Assembly (NCBI GenBank): GCA_963708075.1
Contig: OY970194.1
Location: 384,001 to 448,000 of the forward strand
Source of the DNA: Sedimentisphaerales bacterium
Lineage (GTDB): Bacteria > Planctomycetota > Phycisphaerae > Sedimentisphaerales > Anaerobacaceae
Reading direction: 5' to 3'
DNA length: 64,000 nucleotides
The notes under the pieces are model-generated. The model was not told the DNA's origin and searched no databases. It saw nothing but the letters and a program-made list of their open reading frames with translations. Below, piece by piece: positions 16,965 through 27,364 of this stretch (positions are counted from its first letter, which is position 1; every line of letters starts with the position of its first letter). The position numbers were made by a program, and so were the translations under genes.

Positions 16965-17945
16965 GTGGATGACGTGAGTCGAAGCGGCAGGATCAATCTC
17001 AGGGGGCTGGCCACCGACTACCTGGGTATGGCGGCGGCGCTGCTGCTGCTGATCGTCATCTTCGGCGTCAAGGCGGAGAATTTCTTCAGCAAAGCGACGT
17101 TCCTGACGATCTCCAACCAGATTCCCGACGCGACCATCGCGGCCGTGGGCATGACGTTCGTCCTGATCATCGCAGGCATCGACCTGTCGGTGGGCTCGGT
17201 GATGGCGCTGGCCGGGGCGGTTCTCGGCATCGCACTGATCAACTGGGGTCTGCCTCTGGGACCGGCAATCGTCGTCTGTCTGCTTGTCGGCCTGGTCTGC
17301 GGCGCCGCCAACGGCCTGATCATCATCCGCTGGAGGCTCCCTTCGTTCATCGTCACACTGGGCATGCTGGAGGTAGCCCGCGGGGCAGCGTATCTCGTGA
17401 CGGGGTCGCGCACCATCTACGTGGGCGGGCCAATCGAAGTGGTCACCGGGACATCCGTATTCGGCCTGTCGCTGCCGTTCCTGCTGGCGATCCTCGTCGT
17501 CATCGCCGGCCAGATTGTGCTTTCCCGCACCGTTTTCGGGCGGTACCTGGTGGCTATCGGGACGAACGAGGAGGCGGTGCGGCTCTCAGGCATCGATCCT
17601 CGCCCATACAAGGTGGTGGTTTTCGTCCTCGCCAGTGTCCTGAGTGCGGCGGCCGCCGTGATCCAGACGGCCCGGATGTCCTCCGCGAACCCGAATACCG
17701 GCATCGGATTCGAGCTACAGGTGATCGCTGCCGTGGTCATCGGGGGGACCAGCCTGATGGGCGGCCGGGGTTCGATTGTCAGCTCCTTCTTCGGCGTCCT
17801 GATCATCGCTGTCCTGGGAGCCGGTCTGGCCCAGGTGGGGGCCCAGGAATCCACCAAGCGTCTCATCACCGGTTGCGTCATCGTCGCCGCCGTGATCCTT
17901 GACCAGTATCGTCACCGCGCCCGCAAATCACCAAAACACAGTTGA
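16965..17945 (+). CDS. rbsC: sugar ABC transporter permease
   Basis: 'GMTFVLIIAGIDLSVGS', 'LPSFIVTLG', 'ELQVIAAVVIGGTSL.GG.G'. Confidence 0.9.
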   Translation: MDDVSRSGRINLRGLATDYLGMAAALLLLIVIFGVKAENFFSKATFLTISNQIPDATIAAVGMTFVLIIAGIDLSVGSVMALAGAVLGIALINWGLPLGPAIVVCLLVGLVCGAANGLIIIRWRLPSFIVTLGMLEVARGAAYLVTGSRTIYVGGPIEVVTGTSVFGLSLPFLLAILVVIAGQIVLSRTVFGRYLVAIGTNEEAVRLSGIDPRPYKVVVFVLASVLSAAAAVIQTARMSSANPNTGIGFELQVIAAVVIGGTSLMGGRGSIVSSFFGVLIIAVLGAGLAQVGAQESTKRLITGCVIVAAVILDQYRHRARKSPKHS

Positions 17946-18023
17946 TATCATCACTTGGAGTGTGCTGGAATCATGACCGGGACCCGGTGACTGCTTTTTT
18001 ATTCTGGAAATCCTTTTGTTCTC

Positions 18024-18052
18024 TTGACATGGGCCCTCAGACGCGCCATAAT
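18024..18052 (+). promoter_or_regulatory. sigma70-type promoter
   Basis: TTGACA-N17-CATAAT upstream of the FHA gene. Confidence 0.75.
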
Positions 18053-18089
18053 GAGACACTAACAACAACCCGGATGCGGAGATAAAACG

Positions 18090-18971
18090 ATGCGTCTGGT
18101 ACTAAAACAGAAGGATGGGGAAGTCAAAGAGTATCAGTTCGCCCAAGGCCCGATCCACATCGGAAGAGCCGCCGACAGTCACATTCTGCTGCCCGACCGG
18201 GCCGTCTCCAAGAAACATGCGACCATTGCATGCAATGGCGAGGGCTCATGGACAGTTCAGGACCTGGACTCGGCGAACAAGACATTCCTCAACGGGCAGG
18301 CGGTCCATGCGGCGCCGATCAAGACCGGCGATGCCATTCAAATCACCGACTTCACGATTGAAGTCTGTGTTGAAGACAAGCCGGCGGGTGCGCACCTGGA
18401 GGAGTTCGAGGACACGCTGAACCTGGAGGCGGGCCTGTCGACGCCTATGCACGAGACCGTCGTGCGTAAGCCCGACGCCGGCCATGCCCCCGCGATGCGA
18501 CTGCCCGCCAGACGGCTCACCGATTTTGTGCAGGCCTGTGACATCATCTGCAAGGGGAAGAACGTTGAGGACCTGCTGGTCGCCCTGCTGAGTATCTCGC
18601 TCAAGCAATTCAGTGCATTCCACACGTGGTGCGCCTTGCGGGAGCAGCCGAGCGGTCCGATGACGTACCATGCGGGCAAACGGCGGGACGGCCACCCCGT
18701 GGAACTCCAGGAACTGAAGCTGGCCGACAAGATCAACCATGCTGTCGAGCGAGGCCAGTCGCTGGTCATGCCGAGAGTGGCCGCCGATCTGGAGGAGAAG
18801 GAACGCATCCGCTCCGCGTTGATCGCGGCGATCAACAGTCCGGCCGGTTGCCACGGCATCATCTATCTGGACAACGCGATGGTGCACGACCACTACACTC
18901 TCGGAGACTTGGATTACCTGATGCTCGTCGCCATCCACACGGCGACCGTGCTGCGCAGATTCATGACATAG
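18090..18971 (+). CDS. FHA domain + GAF domain protein
   Basis: FHA motifs 'IGR', 'VSKKHA', 'DLDSANKTFLNG'; GAF-like C-terminus 'IRSAL...GIIYLDN...YTLGDLDYL'. Confidence 0.85.
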   Translation: MRLVLKQKDGEVKEYQFAQGPIHIGRAADSHILLPDRAVSKKHATIACNGEGSWTVQDLDSANKTFLNGQAVHAAPIKTGDAIQITDFTIEVCVEDKPAGAHLEEFEDTLNLEAGLSTPMHETVVRKPDAGHAPAMRLPARRLTDFVQACDIICKGKNVEDLLVALLSISLKQFSAFHTWCALREQPSGPMTYHAGKRRDGHPVELQELKLADKINHAVERGQSLVMPRVAADLEEKERIRSALIAAINSPAGCHGIIYLDNAMVHDHYTLGDLDYLMLVAIHTATVLRRFMT

Positions 18972-19088
18972 CCGGACCGACCAGCTATTGTTGTATGCTG
19001 AGGAGGAATCACCGGTATTCCGTGGGGGATTTGAAGCAGGTGATACCGTTCTCGTCCTGGCGGACGATTCTGGGACTCTCTGCTCGCG

Positions 19089-19243
19089 CAAGGCTATCGC
19101 ATCTAAATTGGCCAGCCGCGATTCCTTGTTCAGAAACGCAGGTTGGTTCAGGTGATTGACGACCGCAATGTCAGGTTGGCCACCATCCGATCAGCGTTCT
19201 CGGGGCCAAGAGGGCCAGCTCGAATTTAGATGCGATAGCCCTG
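19089..19243. mobile_element. 155-bp non-autonomous MITE with ISAs1-like ends
   Basis: 21-bp terminal inverted repeats CAAGGCTATCGCATCTAAATT / AATTTAGATGCGATAGCCCTG (1 mismatch). Exact 10-bp direct repeat TCTGCTCGCG at 19079-19088 and 19244-19253. Confidence 0.9.
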
Positions 19244-19262
19244 TCTGCTCGCGGGCTGTATG

Positions 19263-19291
19263 TTGACTTTTTCGGATAACCTACGTATAAT
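19263..19291 (+). promoter_or_regulatory. sigma70-type promoter
   Basis: TTGACT-N17-TATAAT. Confidence 0.8.
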
Positions 19292-19394
19292 AGTCCTATC
19301 ATGGAGGAGGTGAAGAAGAGGGCTCTTCATATCCACTTTATAGACCCTGATCCATGACTTGGGCGGGTCTGCCTTTGATGGAGGATAGAAACCG

Positions 19395-20588
19395 ATGTGT
19401 TGGGCGAAATGGCCGATAGCGGGATTCGTTGTGATCGTATGTCTTTGTCTGCCTGCGGCGGCCGAGGAGACCGCGATCAATCTCGGACCTGAGGAGTTCG
19501 TGAAGGCCGCCGGAAGCGATATCGTCGTGCCCGGCTACTCCGTGCCGTCGTTCGAGGACTGGAACGGCGATCATCTCAACGATCTCATTATCGGCGAGGG
19601 CGGGGGCACCATCCCCGGCAAAGTGCGCGTCTATCTGAACGTGGGAACCGAGTCCGACCCGTGCTTTGTGAATTCCTTCTACGTCCAGGCGGACGGCCGG
19701 GACCTGAGCTGCACGCCTGAAGGCTGCATGGGCTGCTTCCCTCGTGTCGTGTACTGGGATGAGGACAGCCGCAAGGACCTGCTCGTCGGCCTGGCGGACG
19801 GCACGGCCAGGATCTTCCTGAACGTGGCCAGCGACAACGAGCCGGCATTCGATGCCGGCCAGAATATCAAAGTCGGCAGCGAGTCGGCCGACATGCTCGA
19901 CGTCGGTGCGCGAGCGACGCCGGTCATGGTTCACTGGAATGACGACGGCATGCTCGACATCGTCTCCGGCGGCTTGGATGGCCGGCTTCACGTCTATTAC
20001 AACTGCGGCTGTGGCAGTTCTGTGCCGCCGCACTTTTATTTCTCCGACCCCGCCGGCGCCTTCGCCCAGGACAACGGCATCGATCTGCGCGTGCCCAACG
20101 GACGTTCAAGCCCCGTGATCATGGACCTCGATGGCGACGGCAAGAGCGACCTGCTCACCGGCAACACCGACGGCCTGATCCTGTTCTACAAGAACACCGG
20201 CCTGGAGTCGAATCCGACATTCTCCGGGTACTCCCTCGTCAAATCGAACGGCCAGCCCATCGACCTTCCGGGCTCGTTTCGCTCACGCCCATTCGTGTGT
20301 TACTGGACCGGCGCAGGCCATTTCGGCCCGAAGGACGGCTACTGGGACCTGCTGGTTGGATACGGGGACGGTAAGGTCCGCCTCTATCGCGGCATCGCGA
20401 AGCGCGCCGACTTCGACGGCGACGGCACCCTCGATGGCGACGACTTCACGTTCATCGCCAAGGCGCTGGATAAGCCGGTCCCGTCCGAGGGCAGCCCCGC
20501 CGATCTCAACGGCGACGGCGCCGTAGACGTCCTCGACCTGCGGATCTTCGCCGACCTCTGGCTCGCGGCGAACGACGTGACTGGTTGA
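19395..20588 (+). CDS. secreted FG-GAP/VCBS-repeat protein with C-terminal dockerin-like domain
   Basis: Signal peptide; repeats 'DWNGDHLNDLIIG', 'WNDDGMLDIVSG', 'DLDGDGKSDLLTG'; tail 'ADFDGDG...ADLNGDGAVDVLDLRIFADLWL'. Confidence 0.85.
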   Translation: MCWAKWPIAGFVVIVCLCLPAAAEETAINLGPEEFVKAAGSDIVVPGYSVPSFEDWNGDHLNDLIIGEGGGTIPGKVRVYLNVGTESDPCFVNSFYVQADGRDLSCTPEGCMGCFPRVVYWDEDSRKDLLVGLADGTARIFLNVASDNEPAFDAGQNIKVGSESADMLDVGARATPVMVHWNDDGMLDIVSGGLDGRLHVYYNCGCGSSVPPHFYFSDPAGAFAQDNGIDLRVPNGRSSPVIMDLDGDGKSDLLTGNTDGLILFYKNTGLESNPTFSGYSLVKSNGQPIDLPGSFRSRPFVCYWTGAGHFGPKDGYWDLLVGYGDGKVRLYRGIAKRADFDGDGTLDGDDFTFIAKALDKPVPSEGSPADLNGDGAVDVLDLRIFADLWLAANDVTG

Positions 20589-20655
20589 CGGCTATTCCGG
20601 AGCGCGGCCAGGGCAAAGGCAATCGTCATGGGACTGTGCGGGGGTCTTCCCCTTC

Positions 20656-22053
20656 TCATAAGGCCCTCAGGAATTCCACGACGTCTTTCTTCTCCGCTTC
20701 CGTAAGCTTGATTCCGGTTACAAGATTGAAGAACTCAACCGTATCGTCGAGGGTAAGCAGCCGGCCGTCGTGCAAGTACGGCGGCGAATCCTTTATGCCT
20801 CGAAGCGGGAAATTCTTGATCGGCCCATCCGATGCGGCGTATCTGCCGTTTATCATGTGCGGCTTGTAGAACCGTTCCGTCCGCAGGTTGTGCATCAGAT
20901 TATCCGTATAATACGGTGGAACGTGACATTCGCCGCACCGGGCCTTGCTGAGGAACAGCTTTTCACCTCGCGTTTCCGCCGCGGTGGCTTTGGCAGGGTC
21001 GAGCCTGCCGAAAATATCCAGCTTCGGCGCCGGTGGAAAATCCATCAGTTCCTGGAATTCCGCCATGAAATGCACCTGGCTTCCACGCTCAAGAACATTG
21101 ACCCCTTTCTTGGTGGCAATGACCGGGTCCCCGTCAAAATACGCAGCTCGCTGCTCGAACTCCGTGAAATCCTCCACGCTTTTCAACGCCCTTTGCGAGC
21201 CAAACAGCCGCTGGATATTGACACCTCGCAAGGGGGGCGTATCGAGCCGGTGGCGAAATTCCTGGGGTCTGATGTCGCCAACAAGGTGCGTCGAGCTATT
21301 CGTATGACCGTTGGCGTGGCAATCAAAACAGGCAACTCCTCTGCTCGGCTTCTCGCTTCGGCGGTCTTCCGTCTGGTTGAACTGCTGCTGCGGGAAAGGC
21401 GTTACCAGCAGACGTAAACCTTCAATCTGCTTTGGATTGAGTATCCCGTTGAACAGTTCGTAGTAGTTCTCGATAGTCACGACCTTGCCCTGCGAGACAT
21501 CCCCGAGGTCGGGACGGGTGGTCAGGAAGATCGCTGCCGGATACTCGGGCAAAAAATGGTCTGGAAGGTCGAAGTCAAGGTCGAACCGCGTCAGGTCCCG
21601 GTTCTCCTGTTTCTTCAGCTCGTCTATGACAAATTTCGGGAAGAGCATGCCGCCTTCATTATGGTTCGGATGCGGCAGAGGCAAAAGCCCTTTGGGAAAC
21701 AGGCTTTTCTCCCGAATTTCATCCGGCGTCATCTCGGACAGTCTCTCCCACGTCATGCCCGCAGGCAGCTTTACCCGAACGCCTGCCTGAACGGCCTTGC
21801 CGCGAGACATGGTCACGCCCGATGCGGGCTTGTCGGAAAGATCGTATCTCTCGCCAAGCAAATCCATCTGTCGTTTCATGATCTCGCCCTTGGCGGCCTT
21901 CATGCGCGACAGTACTGTCGCAAAGTCCTCCGTAATGACGACAGGCGAGTAACTGGAACGCTTTTCCTGCGGCGTCTGTGCAGAAACCGCCGCAGCAAAA
22001 GAGAGCAACAGCGCCGCCCCGCACAGGATGATCCGTTGTCTTGCCCCTTTCAT
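20656..22053 (-). CDS. secreted di-heme cytochrome c (peroxidase/MauG-like)
   Basis: Signal peptide; heme motifs 'CFDCH' and 'CGECH'; 'PLRG...PPYLHDGR.LTLDD'. Confidence 0.85.
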   Translation of the reverse strand: MKGARQRIILCGAALLLSFAAAVSAQTPQEKRSSYSPVVITEDFATVLSRMKAAKGEIMKRQMDLLGERYDLSDKPASGVTMSRGKAVQAGVRVKLPAGMTWERLSEMTPDEIREKSLFPKGLLPLPHPNHNEGGMLFPKFVIDELKKQENRDLTRFDLDFDLPDHFLPEYPAAIFLTTRPDLGDVSQGKVVTIENYYELFNGILNPKQIEGLRLLVTPFPQQQFNQTEDRRSEKPSRGVACFDCHANGHTNSSTHLVGDIRPQEFRHRLDTPPLRGVNIQRLFGSQRALKSVEDFTEFEQRAAYFDGDPVIATKKGVNVLERGSQVHFMAEFQELMDFPPAPKLDIFGRLDPAKATAAETRGEKLFLSKARCGECHVPPYYTDNLMHNLRTERFYKPHMINGRYAASDGPIKNFPLRGIKDSPPYLHDGRLLTLDDTVEFFNLVTGIKLTEAEKKDVVEFLRAL

Positions 22054-22438
22054 CTCATTCTCCTTCCATACCGAGTTCCTGTATGTGTTGAACCTCCGGC
22101 TCACCTCACGATGCTATGTCATAATCCTCAGACAAATCCCAACAGTCAACCGAGGAAAGCACCTATTTGTATGTAGGGATAGACTTCAGCAGGGCTGGTG
22201 GTGGACGTTGTAGATGGGTCCGCCGGTCCGTGCGTACTGGCGGAGCATGGGCCTGGGCCTTCTCACGGAGAACAAATAGCCGGCCGGTTCAGGAAAGGCC
22301 GCTCAATAGTGGCTTCCGCAGGAGCAAAAAAGGGAACCGGTCGTGGGGCCGGTTCCCTGGGGTGCGCCGTATACTCATACTCACTGGCCCTGGAAAGGCA
22401 GGGCTCACCTGGCTACGAACACCGATGGAGAGGCACGC

Positions 22439-23399
22439 CTAGATCACTTCGAACCATATGGTCATAGTCGTGCCGTCCGCCAGTGTGACGGTGACGGGAC
22501 GCCATCCGATCAGCGCGTCCGGGGCGATCGTGATCTGGACCGTCAGCGACATGTCGGCGGTCACTGTTACGGAATCCACCGTGATTCCCGCGCCGAAGTC
22601 AACCGTTGGCGCCACGTCGTTTGCCGCCCCATTGAAGTCCAGATTCGCGCCGGTGATCGCGACACTCATTGACGTGCCCAGCGTGCCCTGGTACGGAGCG
22701 ATGCTCGCCAGGTGCGGAATGCTCAGCGGATCCGGGGCCTGGGTCGGAACGCCTTCATAGAAGCGCAGTTGCGCGATCCGGACGCCGTTGTTGTCGTAGT
22801 TCCACAGGTAATCCTGCAGCAGGTCGGAGAACAGCGGAATCCGCTGGTACGTCCATACTCCCGCATCATAGACCCACGCATAGATGTAGAGTAGCGACGC
22901 ACTGACATTGGCGAACTTCATCGAACCGCTTTCACGCACCGCGACCGTGCTCAGATCGGACACGACCTCGCCGAGATCCGGGTCCGTGGCAGACGTGGTC
23001 ATCCTGATCTTGCCGCCGGGCTTGCCGAGCACGCGAAGATACACGGAGTATTCCGTGATCCCGTCATTGTCCGGATCGGGGTTGGGGAGCTGGAACTTGG
23101 CGGAGCCGTCCGTGCCGTCATAGTCCAGCACGGCGAAATCCGTGCCTTCCACGAGAAGAATCTTGGCCGTCGCTTTGTTGTCTTTACTTCCGAGTGGCAC
23201 GAAGATTCGGTGTCCCTGGCTCGTGATGGAGTTCGGGTCCACGTTCTTCGCCTTGTCCATGCCGATGATGTTCAGATTGTAGTGTGCCCCGCTCGGAGCG
23301 CCGTTGCCCGTTTGTGCCGTGCCGGCGAGAATCGACCCGGGAACGAGAACCTACAACCAGTACTGTTGCCACAACCCAATAGACTACCTTGCGTTTCAT
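22439..23399 (-). CDS. secreted hypothetical protein with C-terminal Ig-like domain, frameshift near 23345
   Basis: Signal-peptide ORF 'MKRKVVYWVVATVLVVG' joins, after removing one base, to 'LVPGSILAGTAQTGNGAPSGAHYNLNIIGMDK...'. Beta-rich tail 'VAITGANL...FGAGITV'. Confidence 0.7.
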
Positions 23400-23852
23400 T
23401 TGATTCCCTTTTTGACGTTCGACGGAATAGTCAGCTCAGCATCAACATCCATAAGTCATACTGTGCGGCAGCCTTTCGGCGCCGTCATCCCTGCACCCGC
23501 TCTCCACAGGACCTGTGTGATTTCCACCCCTTTCTCACATGAGCATACGGCGTGCGCATATCCCGGCCGGGCTTATGAAATGCCTTGGCCTGTAGCGCGT
23601 ATCTTTACCCGTTGCAGATCTGTGCGGATGAGTGTGTTGCAGAGATTAACGCGGAAGGAATGAGTGATCCACCGATGACCCCCTATACTCCTGTGCCGTC
23701 CCCTTTTCCATGACTCTTCTCAATTCTTCACTGCTATTCCAAAGTATCGAATTCCAGGTCCGCTTGTCCAAATGAGATCCGAAATTTTCTCCGCAGGGCT
23801 CGCCGGCTCACATACAAGCTATGGTGTATCCACAAAGCAGCGGCCCGTGCGA

Positions 23853-24428
23853 TCACGATTCCTGGCGTGCGTTGTAGATGAGTCCGCCGGCCTGGGCGTA
23901 CTGGCGGAGCACGGCCCGAGCCTCCTCGCGAAGCACGTCGCGGAGCACGTCGATGCCGCGCCTGCGCAGCTCGCCGATCCAGTCCGCAGGCTTGGCTCCC
24001 TCGTCGAACCCGATCTCGCAGGCATCCTCGCCGTGTGCCGCGCATACGACCCGGCGGACTCCCGACCACGGAATCGCGCCCAGGCACATCGCGCACGGCT
24101 CAGCACTGGTCACCAACTCATAGCTGGCCGTGCCACCGCCGAGATCGTAATGACCCACAGCCTGCTGCGCGATCGCGATGGCGAGCATCTCCGCGTGGGC
24201 GAAGGAACAGTTCGATGCCTCCACGCAATTCACGCCGACGCCGACAACCCGCCCGCTGCCGGCCTCGAACACCGCCGCCCCGAACGGCCCGCCCGTTCGC
24301 CGCTCCACGTTCTGCCTCGCCAGCTCGATCACAAACCGCATCCGCGACTCGACGGTAGTAAGCCCGCCCCCTCGCTCCGCGACCATCGGCCCGACCCACT
24401 CCGGCAACCGAATCTCAATCTTCGCCAT
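23853..24428 (-). CDS. cytidine/deoxycytidylate deaminase family (nucleoside/guanine deaminase-like)
   Basis: 'GGPFGAAV', 'AHAE', 'EPCAMC..AI.W', 'IGFDEG'. Confidence 0.9.
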   Translation of the reverse strand: MAKIEIRLPEWVGPMVAERGGGLTTVESRMRFVIELARQNVERRTGGPFGAAVFEAGSGRVVGVGVNCVEASNCSFAHAEMLAIAIAQQAVGHYDLGGGTASYELVTSAEPCAMCLGAIPWSGVRRVVCAAHGEDACEIGFDEGAKPADWIGELRRRGIDVLRDVLREEARAVLRQYAQAGGLIYNARQES

Positions 24429-24485
24429 CAACGACCTCATTCCTTGGAGCCTTCAATGTAATGAGAGCAGAGCAAACACCACCTC

Positions 24486-24560
24486 ATGTCATTCCCGCGA
24501 AGGCGGGAATCCAGCTACCCTCTGTACGTTCCTGGACCCCCGCCTGCGCGGGGGTGACAT
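24486..24560. repeat. REP-like element, GTCATTCCCGCGnAGGCGGGAATCC family
   Basis: Double hairpin inside ATGTCA...TGACAT; related copies at 42371-42446 and 32179-32227. Confidence 0.9.
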
Positions 24561-24765
24561 ACGGACGCCAATCCTGTCAGGTGGTCTTGTGAAATTACGT
24601 TCCTTCTTCTTTCTACGTTCGGTCATGGTAAACTGCGAACGCCCGGCAGGCAAGCCGGCGCGTTTTTTTTCTGAATTCCGGGTTCGCAGGGTGTTACTTT
24701 TCCTATACCATGTGCCTTTAATTACGGGGGTGGACATTTTCGATGTTCACAGGAGGAACCTGGAA

Positions 24766-26832
24766 GTGAAAACGAGAGAACTGCTGTGTATGATCTTGGC
24801 GACCGTGCTCCTCGCCGGCGGATGCGACAGGAGACGTGGGCGGGCGGGCCAGTCCCTGGATGATGCGGTTCTGATGAATGATATTGAGCGCGTGCAACGC
24901 TTGCTTGTTCGAGGAGCCGACGTCAACGTGAGGGACAGTGGGGGCGACACGCCCTTGCACACGGCTGCCTCTTACGGGCGGACCTCTATCATGCACATGC
25001 TGATTCAGCATGGGGCGGATGTCAACGCCGTTGATGATAACGGGGAAACGCCGCTGCACTCAGCGGTCTCCCGCAGCCAAAAGGATACAGCCAGACTGCT
25101 GATTGGTTATGGTGCCAACGTCAATGCTGCTAGAAAGAACGGCGACACGCCGCTTCATATGGCCGTCTATCTTGGCGAGACGGATATAGCGAGGCTGTTG
25201 ATCGAACACGGTGCCGGTGTTAATGCAGGGCAGGAGGATGGCGAGACACCTCTGCACCATGCGGCGTCCCGGGGCCATGTTCCAGCCATGCGCCTGCTCA
25301 TAGCACATGGTGCTGAGGTCAACCGGGCGGATGACGACGGCGATACGCCCCTGCACGATGCAATTGGATGGCATGGTGTGGAGCCTGTGGAGGAGCTACT
25401 CAAAGCCGGAGCTAAAGTGAACGTCAGGAACCGAGGAGGCTGGACGCCTCTGGATCTTGCGCTGCGTGAGAACGAGGAGAGTCTCGCAAATCGCCTGATA
25501 GCCGCAGGTGCCGAAGTACCGATCTATATGGCGGCTAGCCTCGGAGACTTGGAACGGGTAAGGGCCCTCGTCGAGAACGGTGCCAACGTCAACGCACGAG
25601 ATATGGACGGTTTGACTGGTCTACACCACGCGGCGTCGGGCGGACAAATTGATATTGTCCGGCTGCTCATCGAACGCGGAGCCGACGTGAACGTCCCTGA
25701 TTCGAGGCAGCAGACCCCGCTGTATTCGGCAATTCGTGGAGGCCATCGCGATATCGTCGAGTTTCTAATGGCTCACCACGCGGTATTTACGACCAACGAC
25801 TCCGACAAGTCTACGGCGTTGCACGTCGCGGCAGAATGGACGGCTGATAAGGTTGTGGAGTTCCTCGCTGATAAAGGTGCGGATGTCAATGTCCGGGACG
25901 AGGACGGATTCACCCCTTTGCACGCAGCACTCGGACGGCAATATCTGCGCGAGGACGACGGGAATTCCGTGGCCAACATGGTGGAGTCTCTCATCCGTCA
26001 TGGAGCCGATGTGAACGCGACTGACCCCCACGGCCGCACGCCACTACATTATGCAGTTAGCAGGGGCTGTAGGCGCGCCGTCGAACTCCTTATCGCGAAG
26101 GGAGCCAACGTCAATGCGAAGGACAAGGGGGGCGGTTACTTCTCCGCGCCTGGCGGCCAAACGCCTCTCTTGCTCGCGGTTCGCAACGGTATGATCGATG
26201 TGGCCGAACTACTGGTTGCCGAAGGCGCCGATGTCAACGCGAAGGACGATGCCGGCGCGACGCCTCTGTTGCTCACCCTCGCCGCTGAGCGAGAGAACAT
26301 CGGTAGGATCTCCCGGTATGTGCCGGGAGAAGACGGCAACGAGATGAGTGATGCTGATGTGGCAGCATATCGTACTGAGCTCCGTGACGTCTATCGCCAG
26401 TTTGCCACGCAGCTTCTCACCCTCAGGGCTGATCCCAACTCTGTGGATGGAGACGGCAACACGCTCCTTTACAATGCTGTGCAGGACAGAGATGAGGAAC
26501 TGGCAAGACTGCTTGTGGACAGTGGCGCGGATATCAACGCAAAGAATGCTGGGGGCGCAACCGCTCTGCATAAAGCTGCCTGTGGGTCCAGAAGCATGAC
26601 TGAACTGCTCCTGTCGCATGGGGCGGCGGTCGATCCGCGGGATCGGCAGGGCGATACGCCTCTGCACGAGGCTTCCCTGCGGGGCCACGCCGATATCGTC
26701 GCGCTCCTGCTGTCTAAAGGTGCGGATCCCAACATCAAGAACAGCGCCGGTCAGACACCTCTCGATAGAGCCATTCGTCGTGGGCGCACAGAGGTCATTG
26801 ACCTGCTCCGCAAGCACGAGGCGAGGGAATAG
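24766..26832 (+). CDS. ankyrin-repeat lipoprotein
   Basis: GTG after AGGAGG; lipobox 'LLAGGC'; more than 15 'G.TPLH.A...LL..GADVN' repeats. Confidence 0.92.
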   Translation: MKTRELLCMILATVLLAGGCDRRRGRAGQSLDDAVLMNDIERVQRLLVRGADVNVRDSGGDTPLHTAASYGRTSIMHMLIQHGADVNAVDDNGETPLHSAVSRSQKDTARLLIGYGANVNAARKNGDTPLHMAVYLGETDIARLLIEHGAGVNAGQEDGETPLHHAASRGHVPAMRLLIAHGAEVNRADDDGDTPLHDAIGWHGVEPVEELLKAGAKVNVRNRGGWTPLDLALRENEESLANRLIAAGAEVPIYMAASLGDLERVRALVENGANVNARDMDGLTGLHHAASGGQIDIVRLLIERGADVNVPDSRQQTPLYSAIRGGHRDIVEFLMAHHAVFTTNDSDKSTALHVAAEWTADKVVEFLADKGADVNVRDEDGFTPLHAALGRQYLREDDGNSVANMVESLIRHGADVNATDPHGRTPLHYAVSRGCRRAVELLIAKGANVNAKDKGGGYFSAPGGQTPLLLAVRNGMIDVAELLVAEGADVNAKDDAGATPLLLTLAAERENIGRISRYVPGEDGNEMSDADVAAYRTELRDVYRQFATQLLTLRADPNSVDGDGNTLLYNAVQDRDEELARLLVDSGADINAKNAGGATALHKAACGSRSMTELLLSHGAAVDPRDRQGDTPLHEASLRGHADIVALLLSKGADPNIKNSAGQTPLDRAIRRGRTEVIDLLRKHEARE

Positions 26833-26925
26833 CTGATTGCCATTCTTTTACCACGGTGAGACTATGTGGATGGAGCACAAGGACGGATGCAGAGTGCATC
26901 GGATTCGGAGTTGAAAGGAGAAGCT

Positions 26926-27249
26926 ATGACACGGAGGTATTTGGTGATTGTCGGGATTGTGGTTGCGGTGATGGCGGCGGTGGTTTGGGCGGGGGTGAGC
27001 GGGGCGGAGCGGAGTCCGGCCCGGTGGCAGTACGGCATCTTTCGGGGCGAGGGGGTGTGGACCTGGTACGGGCTTGGCGAGGCGGTGGACAACGTCGACA
27101 GACAGGAATTCGCCAATAAGATCGGGACGAAATACTCGCAGCAAGATACGGAACTGGAAGCGAACGTGCTCAACAGCCTGGCGGCACGGGGCTGGGAAAT
27201 TGTCGCGACGCCGGAGAAGAACAAGTACGTGCTCCGGCGGCCGAGATAA
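26926..27249 (+). CDS. small exported hypothetical protein
   Basis: AAAGGAG RBS, N-terminal hydrophobic helix, tail 'LNSLAARGWEIV...YVLRRP'. Confidence 0.75.
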   Translation: MTRRYLVIVGIVVAVMAAVVWAGVSGAERSPARWQYGIFRGEGVWTWYGLGEAVDNVDRQEFANKIGTKYSQQDTELEANVLNSLAARGWEIVATPEKNKYVLRRPR

Positions 27250-27281
27250 GCCCGGCGACTGAAGACACGCCCAGGTGAGCG

Positions 27282-27310
27282 TTGACACCCGTCGCAGACC
27301 ACTATATGAT
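27282..27310 (+). promoter_or_regulatory. sigma70-type promoter of mdh
   Basis: TTGACA-N17-TATGAT. Confidence 0.75.
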
Positions 27311-27364
27311 GCCGCAGCATTTGGCATTCGAATTTCAGAATTCGAGATTGGAGTGGGCACTGGG

